Shown here piece after piece: positions 36,499 to 48,516 of a stretch of 64,000 nucleotides of DNA. Position 1 is the stretch's first letter, and each line of letters opens with the position of its first letter. The stretch is from positions 1 to 64,000 of the forward strand of contig JAUCBJ010008427.1 in the NCBI GenBank assembly GCA_032718475.1. Reading direction: 5' to 3'. The notes under the pieces are model-generated. The model did no database searches, was not told the origin of the DNA, and was given only the letters and a program-made list of their open reading frames with translations. The DNA is from Nemertoderma westbladi. Taxonomy: Eukaryota; Animalia; Xenacoelomorpha. Both the position numbers and the translations under genes were made by a program.

Positions 36499-39400
36499 AA
36501 GGGTGTGACAAAAAAACCAATCATTCTAAAGAAAAGCCAGCTAAATGTGACCATAAATAGAAACCTTCGAATTTTTTGTTCTGCATAGGAAGATTTGCTC
36601 AATTACTCCTAATCTAGCATGTTTTCGTAACTGCTATTACCGATTTTTGAAAATTATTGACAACGTGCGCTAAGGTATATACAGGGGGTCAGCTTTGGAA
36701 CATATGATATACTGGTGTAGCTACATTGTGGCGGAATTTCCAAACATGAGTTACATGGCCGAAATATTCATGAAAGTTGTATATATTTTATGTCCGAATA
36801 GGCTCCATAGGGTTACTTTCGGATTGGATCATGTATGGACCAACCATGACCAATAAATCCGTATTCATTTTTTGGTGAAATTTTCGACAAAATTGGCAAA
36901 AATTCTAAAAATCTGATTTTGAAGGAATCACTTTGTATCTCTGTTCAAACTAAATGAACGCGATGATCCCCCCGGCCGCGTGTGGGGTCGTGACGGGTCG
37001 CTCTGCGGCTGTAGCAAGGGGCACCGGAGGACCTCCGAATTGGCGAGCAATCACTCACGGTGGGCTTAGAGCTGGTAGCTAGCACGTCGGGTTTGCACTC
37101 GGCTGAAGTCCGACAGGGTCGGATGGATATCTGGAACAGTACGACCTAATAATTCCCTACAGGGTACACCAATATCCAACTATCATACACCCACACACCC
37201 ACACACCCTCAATCATACAGTAGGTATTCGCACGGTTGCCACCGTGGAAACAAACGCTCGGTAGGATAGCCTATCAGCTACTGTGTCGGGCACAGACCTA
37301 CAGTAGGCATCTGCCTACGCCCGGTATAGGCGGAGGACAGTCCAGGTCGCAAACCAATGAGTAGTGGCGGGCGCAACAGTAAGACTGGGACTTACAAACT
37401 CCACCGAACTGGGTTCGGAAAATGACTAACGATAGACTTTTAGCATCCAATCACAAAACGTCTCGATTGATTGGACTTCGCCGCAGACACCTCCATGGCG
37501 ACGCTGGGCTGGTTTTGTCCCCATTATCTGAAGAGTTGCACCGATAATGTGTAAAGTAGACTATTATTCTGGCTGCCAAACTGCTTGTAACACCAATATA
37601 TCACTGGTAATAAGTGAGACTGGTAGATATACGATACCGTGAAATACTAGAGAATGATATTAAATGCTGTAAAATGCTGGAACTGTTGGTAGATAAGATA
37701 TAAGTTACTGACAGAATGGAAATGTTGGAAATGGTATCTAATTATTGGTTTCACTCAGCCAATTACTAACTACTGCCCGCTCACTCTGTGCACTCAATTG
37801 ATATACCAAATCAGCTAGCCATGTTGGTCTGGATCATCCCTGGATATACTTAAACCGGCCAATGAGAATTGGTTATCATATATCGAGCTGTGTCATGGCT
37901 AAGCTGAGGGTATCACTGAGTGCCCATCACAAGTCAAGCGAGGTAGCAGTTAGATGAATCATGAATGGGCAGAGGTGAATCTCTCTGTAGCACAAGCGAG
38001 ACAAGGGTATCACAGGCTACTTACTATTAGTACCCAACCGAATTGTAAACAACCTACAACTAAGCAGTCGGACAGCAGCCCCACATGGTAAATGACTAGA
38101 ATTATAGTAGATAAGGAACTAATAATGATAGCAATAGGGTATATGCCTATGTCTGAACATTTCGAATAAATCATCTGATTATACATAACAGGGCATCCTA
38201 AGACCGTGACGTGGTCATTTTGTAAAAATTCCCTGAGGAAATAGGGTAAATCAGGGTCCAAACATGGACATTTTCCAGCTGCTCTGTTAGTGGATGATTG
38301 TATTGTGACGTCACAGGGTTATTACCGATTGTAACAGGTAGTATTATTTCCTACCTACACAATGGTTCCTGGGCTGCTAGTGCTGAGAGTTTATTTTGTA
38401 TGTTACATAATAGTAATAAAAACATTTTTGGAAATATTTAGAGAAACTGGCACCTGCCATTGCTATGGAAACAGCGTCAGAAGTTATTTATTCAACCACC
38501 TATAACTCGGGAATACAGTATTGTATCAACTTGTCATTGCAAGTATGAGTTTGTGTTACCAACTACAGTAACATATCTCAGTATATCTATCTTCTGTGTC
38601 CCCGTTGCTATGGTGACAGATGTAACGCGAAATTAAACATTTCGCTTATAGACAGGTAACGTTAGCGAATTTTCAAACGATGACGATTGGAATAGTTGCA
38701 TACCATAGTTGTGAGAAATTTCTTACAGTACCATAAACTGAGCCGAGAATCCTGATCCACAGTGAACAGAGTATCCAATTGGAGCCTTCATTCAGGTTTG
38801 CTTAGTGATACCATAGCAACCATCTAGGTACATCGGTGAAACTTTGGTAAAATATCGCCAGTAGCAATACCCAACTAGTGACAGAGTTGAGAGCAAAAAT
38901 TGTCCGGTGCACTCTGGCTGGAGAACAAAATCTAACTTTTCGAATATGTCTGTTACCATAGCAACGAGACGTCATATGGCAATCCTACTCGTATATAAAA
39001 GAGCAGTGGGCAACCCCAACCCACACACACCAGAACCAGTCGATATAGTAAAGTAATCTCAAGTTACAGGTGGTATGAAGAATTACCATAGCAACAGTGG
39101 GATGCTAGTTCCTAGAAAATGTTTACAAAACTTTTATATAACCGATCTCAACATCTGTTATAACCGGGAAGGGAAGGCAGCCCCAGCAGCATTGTGTAGG
39201 AGGGAAATAAATATACCGGCACAATCAGAAACAACCTTGTGACATTAAAATACAATCAGCCACTCACAGAGCGATTTGCTAAATGGCGAGATTTAAGGGC
39301 CGATTTATACCATTTACAGGATGAATTTTTACAAAATGACTCGGCCACAAGTCTTAGGATACCCTGTTATGTATAATCATATGATTTATTGCAAATGTTT

Positions 39401-39691
39401 AGACATAGGCATGTACCCTATTGTGTACGGTAAAATTGTCTGTTACAATTATAATGTTTATTATGGAATTAACTCGGACGTGTATTATTGTTCTATACAC
39501 CTCACATGGACACCGTTGGGCGCCAATCTATGTGGGACATTGGCGTTTACACTAAATTTTGGATAAAATTACGCATATTTTGTGAAAATAGAACCAATTT
39601 GGAATATGTGTGCCAAAATTTGAGGTTCTACCTCACAACAGAATTTTTTTATGGACCATTTTAAAATGATTGTTTTTTTTGTCACACCCTT
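36499..39691. mobile_element. non-autonomous TA-flanked (Tc1/mariner-like) element with internal imperfect inverted arms
   Basis: TIR AAGGGTGTGACAAAAAAA(A/C)CAATCATT, TA at 36497-36498 and 39692-39693. About 38130-38640 is a diverged inverted copy of about 38920-39425. Confidence 0.65.
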
Positions 39692-40501
39692 TAGAGCTTT
39701 ATAGTGCTACCCAATGATGACTTGATGGTATACACTCCACTCAACTACTGCAAGCGACCTATGTATATAAGCGACCACGTGGGGAATATACCACCACTTC
39801 ACCACCGATACCCACTAGCACCCGATATATCGGATACGGCCTGGTGAGGAGGGAGCACAGCTTGGAATAGAGGGGGGGTCGAACCGGCCATCGCGAAACA
39901 ATCACTCCAAATATCAATAGTTGACGCCTTGCTGACTGAGCTAACTAATCTAAATGATGTACGCTTTCTTCAACAGAGTTACAGAAATTTTAAACTGTCT
40001 TCTGTTTTGTTTTGGAGTTTTGGATTGTATAGTATTGCTGTATCAAGTACAGTAGCTCTATATATACTGTAGTGGAAACTGATTAGAGTCAAGCTTTTTG
40101 CGGGTGTCTTGACTACTACGATATGAATTGCAATATTTACGCTGTTTTTCGTCATTCTTTATAATTATTTTGGGATTTCCCATACCTCTAACATTACCGA
40201 ACTCCAACATGATATCTAGCAATGTTCAAACGGAATTCAAATGGTTTAATTAGATTAATTTTATCATGTTGTAACAAGAGAGTTTATACTTAAATATGAA
40301 AATTGATATATTTGTGCAGCTAAAAAAGCTTGACTCTATTATATATTACTATTATGTATTATATTTCAAAAGAATTACTCAATTCGAGAACTTTAGTTCC
40401 TGTCAAAATTGTTTGATTCAACGTTTATTACCACTCATACTTCATATGTTTGTCTTTCTCGACAGTTCCGTTATGAAAACTCACACGTGATTTGTGTGGA
40501 A

Positions 40502-43500
40502 ATGGAACCTCCAAGAAAAAAACAGAAGACCGTTCAACATTTCTGTAACTCTGTTAAAGAAAGCATACAAATTTTAGTGAAACTTTCATACACGCAGTAT
40601 CTCGATTGCCTCCAAGTTGAGGCGCTTTCTTTGGACAGTTTCATGGACGAAAACCTACCGTTTCGGTACTTTGTCGGATTGAACATTACAATTAGAAATG
40701 TGAAATGAATACTATCAGAGGTCATCAGTGAAACTTTCAAGAATGTGAGACGTGGATATGAGATCCACGGTGCGGATGTGAATCCCACACCGGACCACAA
40801 AAAGGTCCTCTTTAACATCAAACTAAAGTACAAACTTTCACAATCAGAATCTGTGGTACCAGGAAAATCTATGGCAAAATACGACATATCGGATGTCAAA
40901 AACTATCTAACGGGCTCCAAAATGTCATTTTCCCGGATCGCTCACTCCATCATTCCATACCAGCACACGGGAATTCTTCTGCGTGGCCAATCCGCAAACC
41001 ATGAAGACATTATATTAGAACAAATAATTGGCCCACCCCCAATTCTCACAGCCCATACGTGTCATCAAGCTTCACTGAGACACGTACCCCTGAAGTTTTG
41101 GGTGGACAATGCATATCTGAATTCCAAAGGGGTCCCAATTGGAAAAGTGCTGTACAGATTTATATAAATTATATTCTACAACATAATTTTATGTTCTAGA
41201 ACGTTACTTATGTTCCTAGCTAGTATTTCTGAACTTGTTAATTACAACTCATTATCAACCAATTACTCTAATATAATGTTCTCGAGCATTTAACCCTATT
41301 AAACCCGGGGGGGGAAGGTCAATATGACCCCCCCCCGTGGTTTTTTTATTATAATTCTGAAACAAACGCAGTTGGGAATCTGAAATTTTATGACTTTTCC
41401 TAAAAATCTATTGTCTTCCTAGTAGTGAAAACCGTTTTCTAAAATATTGGGTAGTTTTCGAGTTATAGCACCATTTTTTAACCCTACTTTTGGCACTTTT
41501 TTTTGAGACGTTTTTTGAAAATTACATTTCATTAAATATTAATTGTAACATCTCTATTTTTGATTTACACCGGTTTTTTGGTGTTAGCAATTGGATGGAA
41601 TTCATATAAATTGATTTCGAAATTTCAAACTTGTTTTTTCGGTGGGTGCCAAATTTTGGTGCCAGCACCAAATTTTGAAATATGTCAATTTTGTAAATTG
41701 ATTGTTTGAAACTTGTTTTTTACGCAATTGGGGTTTTTTGGGGTTCTGGATTCGATGAAATATATATGAGTTGCACCAAGCGTATCAAACTCGTATTTTT
41801 CGGTGCTGTGTGCAAATTTTGGTGCTAGCACGAAATTTTGAAAATCCATTCAATAGATAAAATTGCTTGTGACAATTTATTTCTTGCGTTTTAGAGGTTT
41901 ATGGCTGTTCTGAATTCAATGGAATATATAATTTTCGAACTAGACATCTCAAACTTGTATTTTTCGGATGTGGGTGCAAAATGTGGTGCTAGCACCAAAT
42001 TTTGAAAACCATCAAATATGTCAATTGATTGTGTCACCTTGTTTCTTGCGTTATACGGGTTTGTGATGGTTCTGAATTCAATGGAATCAGTAAAAATTTC
42101 ATAAGAGTTCTCAAACTTGTATTTTTCGCCGGTGGGTGAACATTGTTGTGCCAGCACCAAATTTTGGAAAATATGCAAATTGATCAGTAGATAGTATCAC
42201 CTTGTTTCTTGCGTTATACGGGTTTATGAGGGTCCTGAATCCGATGGAATCAATAAAAACAGCACTGGACATCGCAAACTTGTACTTTTTGGTGATGGGT
42301 ACGAAATTTGGTGCTAGCACCAAAATTTGCCAAATTACGCCGAAAAATACAAGTAGCAATGATCTGACATATTAGAAATGTATTCCATTAGAATCAGCGC
42401 CCTCGAAAACCTGAAAATGTGAATTTATAGCATCGTATTGGTGAATTAAAAATTTTGTGTTCTAACTGAAAAGTGCTGGTTACTTGTTTTTTTCATTTTT
42501 TTCCTACGCAGAGAGGACTAAACAGCCATTTATAGTAATCATATCATTTTTAAATATTTTCCAATGTATTTTGCACCCCAGAAAACCTGTATTGAAAAAT
42601 AATTAGCCGAAAATGTAACTTTCAAATTTTGTGAAAATTGTGCACTACTTGTAATTTTGGTGCTACAATATAACCACCCCAGTACATTTTTTCGAAAATG
42701 TTTTTTTCGGTCAGATCCAGACAAGTGATACCTACGTACAAACAAAAAATCAGACGTTTTCGTAAATATTTGTAGATTTTAGAGGGGGGGGGGGGGGTCA
42801 ATATGACCCCCCCCCCCCCCCGGTATTTGTACAACATTTTATAGCCGGGTACTAATAGGGTTAAAACAACAGAAAGTGATTTAAAATAAAACTGGATGTA
42901 ATAATATTCATATGTCAGTCTGGTAAATTGATTATATAACAATTTGTTAAAAATGTTGAAAAATAATAGCTATTCTCAGTGACGTTCTAGAACATGAAAA
43001 TTATGTTCTAGAACATATTTTGATTCAAAAAATAATTCCATTTATGTTCTAGAACATTATTAAATAACCAAGCAAGATGTATTGTCAAGTTCAAAAAAAT
43101 TTGCTAGGGGTGTGCACAAGGTGTAGTAGTACCATGCTTTGTAACAATTTTAATTTGCAAAAAAAGCAAATTCCTAGCTTCTCTGTTCTGGTTGGTTCTG
43201 TAGACTGAATGTTGTAGCAGCATCTTACCACGGGTACTCTGAAACTTGTGCACACGATAAGAGCGAGTTCAATGTGTATTATTTATAAACTGGGAAACCC
43301 AAATATTGCTCTCATCTGAGAGAAAACTTCTTTCTGAAAATTCAGAAAGAATATTTCTACCTTCCAAAATGATTTCATTTCATTTCTGAATCACCACTGA
43401 AAGCTTTTCGCTTTTCGGTTTTCAACATTTCTGTCTCCAACATCAAATCGATCCAATACTCTGTTTTTTAAATTTTTGGGCACACTCATTGGCTGGTGAC

Positions 43501-43787
43501 TCGGTGAATCGATTAGGTTCTAATCCCACATTAGACAAACCCAGACCGCTCCATTAATCCGTAGGTTCACAATCATTTTCTTATTTGCTTGCAGAATCGC
43601 AGGACAGCCTATCATGTACGACCTTGCAAAACTCAATTGTCAACATATAAGCTCCTATTTGGTCACGGGAACATTCAAGACTAATCATCCACTGACGCTG
43701 ATACCATACACATTCAGAACTGTTGGAATAGATGGTGTAACAGGAGAAACATTACAAACGTTGGAAAATGAGAATTCACTTCTCTAA
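40502..43787 (+). pseudogene. gene X of element Y, copy C
   Basis: ATG at 40502, CGA>TGA at 40706, splice donor deleted near 41160. Exon 2 (43595-43787) is intact. Confidence 0.7.
41294..42860. mobile_element. non-autonomous piggyBac-like element with internal ~175-bp degenerate repeats
   Basis: TTAA TSD at 41290-41293 and 42861-42864. CCCTATTA termini. The empty site is seen in copy A near 9162. Confidence 0.88.
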
Positions 43788-44117
43788 CCCCAGAAACAAT
43801 TTTGGTGCACAATCGATGCACGAACTATGTGCAGCAAAATTTTATTAAAACGTTGTTTTTGTAACGCTTCGAAACATGTAACAAACAAGTATGTTTCTAG
43901 AAACACTCTTATAGTGTAATTGGAAGAATTGTGATTTCAAAATTAAAAGTCATAAATTTATCATATATATATTTCAACTTATATATTATATTTTTGAAAG
44001 ACCATCAGGGTGTTCAGATAGGGTTTTATGAGAAGGTATGGGAATCTTTGTTCCGATTGATCTCAAAAGCTGTGAATGATGGTATAGTTCTGAGTATGGT
44101 TTGAGAGCGCACGTTAT

Positions 44118-44643
44118 AGGGGTAGCCAAAAATGCTGCCCCCGAAAATAGGGGGTAGCCAAAAATGGCGCCCCCGAAAATAGGGGGTAGCCTAAAATGCT
44201 GCCCCCAAAAATAGGGGGCCATCAAAAATGGTGCCCCCGAAAATAGGGGGTAGCCAAAAATGGTGCCCCCAAAAATACGGGGTAGCCAAAAATGGTCCCC
44301 CGAAAATAGGGGGTAGCCAAAAATGGCGCCCCCGAAAATAGGGGGTAGCCAAAAATGGTGCCCCCAAAAATAGGGGGTAGCCAAAAATGGTGCCCCCAAA
44401 AATAGGGGGTAGCCAAAAATGGTGCCCCCGAAAATAGGGGGTAGCCAAAAATGGTGCCCCCGAAAATAGGGGGTAGCCAAAAATGCTGCCCCCAAAAATA
44501 GGGGGTAGCCAAAAATGGTCCCCCGAAAATAGGGGGTAGCCAAAAATGGTCCCCCGAAAATAGGGGGTAGCCAAAAATGGTGCCCCCGAAAATAGGGGGT
44601 AGCCAAAAATGGTGCCCCCAAAAATAGGGGGTAGCCAAAAATG
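44118..44643. repeat. 30-32-bp GC-hairpin tandem array (GGGGGTAGCCAAAAATGGTGCCCCCGAAAATA, about 17 copies)
   Basis: Visible directly. Each unit can fold G5...CCA/TGG...C5. Followed by 12-bp (GCYTGAAAGTGT) and TTGATTG-rich repeats up to about 44980. Confidence 0.95.
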
Positions 44644-44995
44644 AAATAAAAAAAAAATCTTATCTCATATGCTTGAAAGTGTGCTTGAAAGTGTGCCTGA
44701 AAGTGTGCCTGAAAGTGTGCCTGTGATTGATTTTGATTGCAGTTTGTTGATTGTTTTTGATTGCTGTTTGAATATTTTGATTTCAGTTTGATCGGTTTTG
44801 ATTGCAGTTTGATTGTTTTTGATTGCAGTTTGATGTAAGGCATGGGTGAGAGGGACACAGACTGAAAGTCTGAATGTATTCCTGGCAGTGCTTCTGTGAT
44901 TGTTTCTGATTGCAGTCTGTTGATTGTTTGTTTTATTTCTGTTTGATTATCTTGATTTCAGTTTGATTGTTTTTGATTTGTGATGCTCCAAAGTG

Positions 44996-47475
44996 TTAGT
45001 TGGTCTCATTGTGTGCTATAGTGACAATTCTATCTTTGTTCTTTTGTGGTGTTGTTTTTGTTCTTCCTACTTTCACTAGCAGTGGAGACAGTACTGTGGA
45101 CAAATCACACTGCATCAGCTCAACTTCTCTCTGCAAGAAATAACCATACACTGGTCTTGCAGATTCACCATCCTTGTTGTGCAAATATAATATATGACGA
45201 CGCACTTTTCCTCTATAGCTCTGGTTCCAGTATGCTATACATTGATATTCACCTTCTTCCAATTCAAGCACTTTTCTCACACTGCTCTTCTCTTTTGCAG
45301 GATATTCAACCAAGCACATGGACTTGGCCTTCTCATATTCACTTTCAACTTTCTTCAATCTTTCTTGAATTTTTTGCTGTTCGCCTTCCATTGGACATGA
45401 CAATAATGTCACTGGATACCAAGTGATTATCTGTTGCTTATCATTTGTGAACTGTTTGGCTGCTTCAATTTCAACTTTTAACTCTGAAGCAACCAAAAAC
45501 CAAATTTCTCGTGTTATTGGTTCTTGTGCTCTGTGAAAAGCATCTCTCAATTCATCCAAAACACACTCCAATCCTCGGTTGGAATATACCTTGAAATTTT
45601 CACCATTAATGGAAAGTAATACCTCATAGCTTTTGTAGGGTCCAACTGCATGTCGGAATCCAAGCACTGCTGCTTACAATGGTTTCACGCCATCCAGCTC
45701 AGAAATTTTGTGTATGGGAGTATGCTTCAGCAGATTCAAAACATATTCTTTGTATTCAGTTTCAAGTTGTTTTCTTTCCTTGAACTCCAGCAACCTTTTG
45801 TGTATCAAGGCTACTTCTTCTTGGTTTCTAGCATTTCTTTGCAGTGCATCTTGTCTCCATTTTTCACATTCTAAATCATCCAGAATATCAATGTTTCTCT
45901 GTGCTCTCTTCCAGGTTGACAACCAAGATACCTGATGTGTTTGCAAGTATTCAGGCACCTCTTGTATTTTCCATTGCTGTTCCCAATGATTTGCATGGCT
46001 CTTGTCTCCATGTCCATTCTATGAAATCTGTTGGTGGCAGCATTTCTTCCAATGGAATTCTTGCTTGAACTGACCTTCACTGTGTTGGTAGTTTCGATGA
46101 GCAAAGTATTGTTTTTGCAGTGGGGTCCTTGAAATAGCATTTCAGAGGTGCTATTTCTGTGCCCTTTTCAATTTCATTTTGATTTCTAATTTGGAAGCAA
46201 AATATAGGACAACCTCGAAATCCAACTTCTGAACAACTCCACAATATAGCTTTCTCCCATCTTTGTCTATTTTCTTGTATATCAAACTTACACTGCACTT
46301 TCACTCCAGAAACTTTCCCAGTTTTTGTGTGAGCATACCAAGCTACATATATTGTTCCTGTGGTCTTAGAGGCGATGACACAACACCTTGTCACCACTTT
46401 TGCTAGAGCTCGCCAGTGATTCCTCCCATTTTGCTGTACAAATAATCCCTCATATGGCTGTATGTTTTCTAATACACTTCTCATCACTTCCACGCCAAGA
46501 TCTCTAGATATGTAATTCATCGAGTACAAGGATATCTCAACTCTTGTACATCCATATTGCTGGATCAATGGATGTTCTAAGGATTTCCGAAGAACAGGGT
46601 TCCTGCAATCAGCATAGTCTGCCAAATGCCCTCCAAAATTCTCCAATACTTCTCCTGCTTCAAACTGGCAAACAATTTTGTTGTACAGCTTCTAACTCAT
46701 TGTATTTCCGCCCCAAGATGTGATGTATGTCAACAGATGATTTCCCACAGACGAAGTGTTTTCCAAAATTGTGGGCTGATCACCCTCCAATGCTGCTTGA
46801 AATGTCCCTTCCAACCTCCAACCTTTTGTTTCCACTAGATGTTTGACTATTGCCTTCCTATCAAGTGTTCCAGCAAAGTCCTTTGTGTAGTCCACAGAGT
46901 ATATTCCCCATCCACATGTCTGCAGTATTCTGCCAAATTCAGCCAAGTGCTCCTGCAGATCATCTAGGTTGATTACAGATACATCCAACTTTGCAACAAA
47001 GACAGCAATAGGTTCTTTTTGTTCCAGGTTTTTCCAGTTTTTGATATTTTTCTCCTTCATCTCTCTTTCAATTTTATGCACTGTTTGCATTATCACTCCA
47101 TGAGATTGTAATGGTACAGAGGCTAATATTTTTGTGTGTATAAAGTCATCACAGTTCTTCCCGATTGTTTGTGTTACCTCCCTCCTCAACTTCTCCACAA
47201 TATACGAGGCAGACCCAAACCTTCCAGTTGTTAACATGACAGAACTTTTGGTTCTCACAACTTGATCTTCTCGAAGATACCCATACACATAAAGATCGTC
47301 AACAAACATTTCCAATTCAGGCACATCTTGAAGCAGCATATTACCTCCATTGCCTGCTAGGTAATCTACTTTTGATATATCAGTCAGAAGATTAGACTAA
47401 CAGTAGATGCATGCAAGCTGACTTTGGAACTCTGAATCCCATCTGTTCAAATGTTACAAACTGTGTAGTATCCAT
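44996..47475 (-). pseudogene. decayed ~820-aa protein with Rep_trans (pT181 RepC-type) rolling-circle initiator-like motifs
   Basis: ORFs 46692 and 46077 are in frame, as are 45674 and 44996, across single stops. Frameshifts near 45965 and 47400-47440. Ordered motifs SVDYTKDF, KLYNK, TRVEISL. Confidence 0.6.
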
Positions 47476-47873
47476 ACTAGTTGGTTTATTTATGTTTTCA
47501 CATATAGTAGTAGCCATAGATATTTTCTATTAGTTTTAATTTCTTAAATAGATAATTTCTTTTACGTAATCTTACTTACAGCAAGACAATAAATATATTG
47601 GACAGAACATTTTGATTGGTGCAACTCTCCTCTGTATGAACTTCTAATCATATTGTGCTCATATAGAGTCAGAACATGTGAACTATTTTCAGAAAATTGG
47701 AATCCATCAATTTGTTAAGCGAAAAATTAGGCGAATATGATAATTTGTGATAAATTGGTGTAAAAAAGTAGTTGAAATTTCGGGGTAGTTTTCAGAAATA
47801 TGTCAGTCTGGTAAGGAGTAAATTTTAACCTGGGGGTAGTTGGTGCGCTCATTTATTGGTTTTCTATACTACT

Positions 47874-48516
47874 TATATGCCCTACTGAGGGCATGGAGTG
47901 TGGGAAGTGCCGTGGCCACATCTTTACCAATAGCTGAGTATGTTGGCCCTATGGATGTTAATCTTAGGTTTGTGTAAGTACCATTAATTAAATTTGTGTT
48001 GCAGCAAGACATGGATATCTTTGCATAGCTAAGATGAATACATCAGTATCCGGTAAACTTATAGTTAGTACAGATGCCCCACAAATTGTTGTATCAACAC
48101 CATGAAGGATTATCTACGTGTCTGCTTATTCTTGTTCGCACTTCAAGTAACTCATATCGCAAAAATTTGACTCAGAGTTTGAACTCCAAGCTACAACAAT
48201 TTTTTTCAGAAGGTGGAATGGTTGTTATAATATTGTAAGATATGAAATTTGTAAGTTCGTTTTATTTCTAGTATCCAATAATAAGGTTTTCATAGATATA
48301 TTCTTTATATTGGTGGTGTTGGTAATGTGACAGTAGACTGGAATAAGTCAACCTCGCCTTATAATCAGCGAGTCAGCTGTCTTATAATCAGCTGTCTTCA
48401 GCGAGTTGTGTACATCATATCATTCGAAGATATGTACTGATGATATGATATATACTGCCTCCATTCACTCATATTTATTTAATATTTGACTTTTAAATAT
48501 GTTTGCCAGTTTGGAG
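47874..48516 (-). pseudogene. Academ-type XPG-like nuclease remnant (inverted homologue of about 61663-62365)
   Basis: Reverse-complement similarity to 61663-62365, with degenerate E.ADT..ILH, DTDVFIL and LPTLHALS motifs. Confidence 0.6.

Larger units (their letters stand above)
36246..47873. mobile_element. element Y: TIR element with a Polinton-type AGTAGT terminus but no Polinton core genes
   Basis: 97-bp inverted repeat 36246-36342 / 47763-47859 with one mismatch. The right end extends TTTTCTATACTACT to 47873, where Academ homology resumes. The left terminal 14 nt are scrambled. Confidence 0.75.

Noticed and set aside
8043-43986. Large inverted repeat as the TIRs of the Polinton
   Set aside because: The Polinton ends at ACTACT (33966), as shown by empty sites. 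The inverted sequences are internal parts of element Y and lack AGTAGT ends.
44118-44643. CRISPR-like array, or the repetitive ORFs 43986..44858, 44191..44574 and 44222..44638
   Set aside because: The units are contiguous with no unique spacers and there are no cas genes. The ORFs are open in all three frames only because the repeat lacks stops.
36242-47863. TTTT on both sides of the Y inverted repeat as a 4-bp TSD
   Set aside because: The right TTTT is part of the longer terminus TTTTCTATACTACT, and the flanking Academ homology resumes only at 47874. The left side holds an inverted scrap (GTTTTCTATA, 36224-36233) of the lost end.
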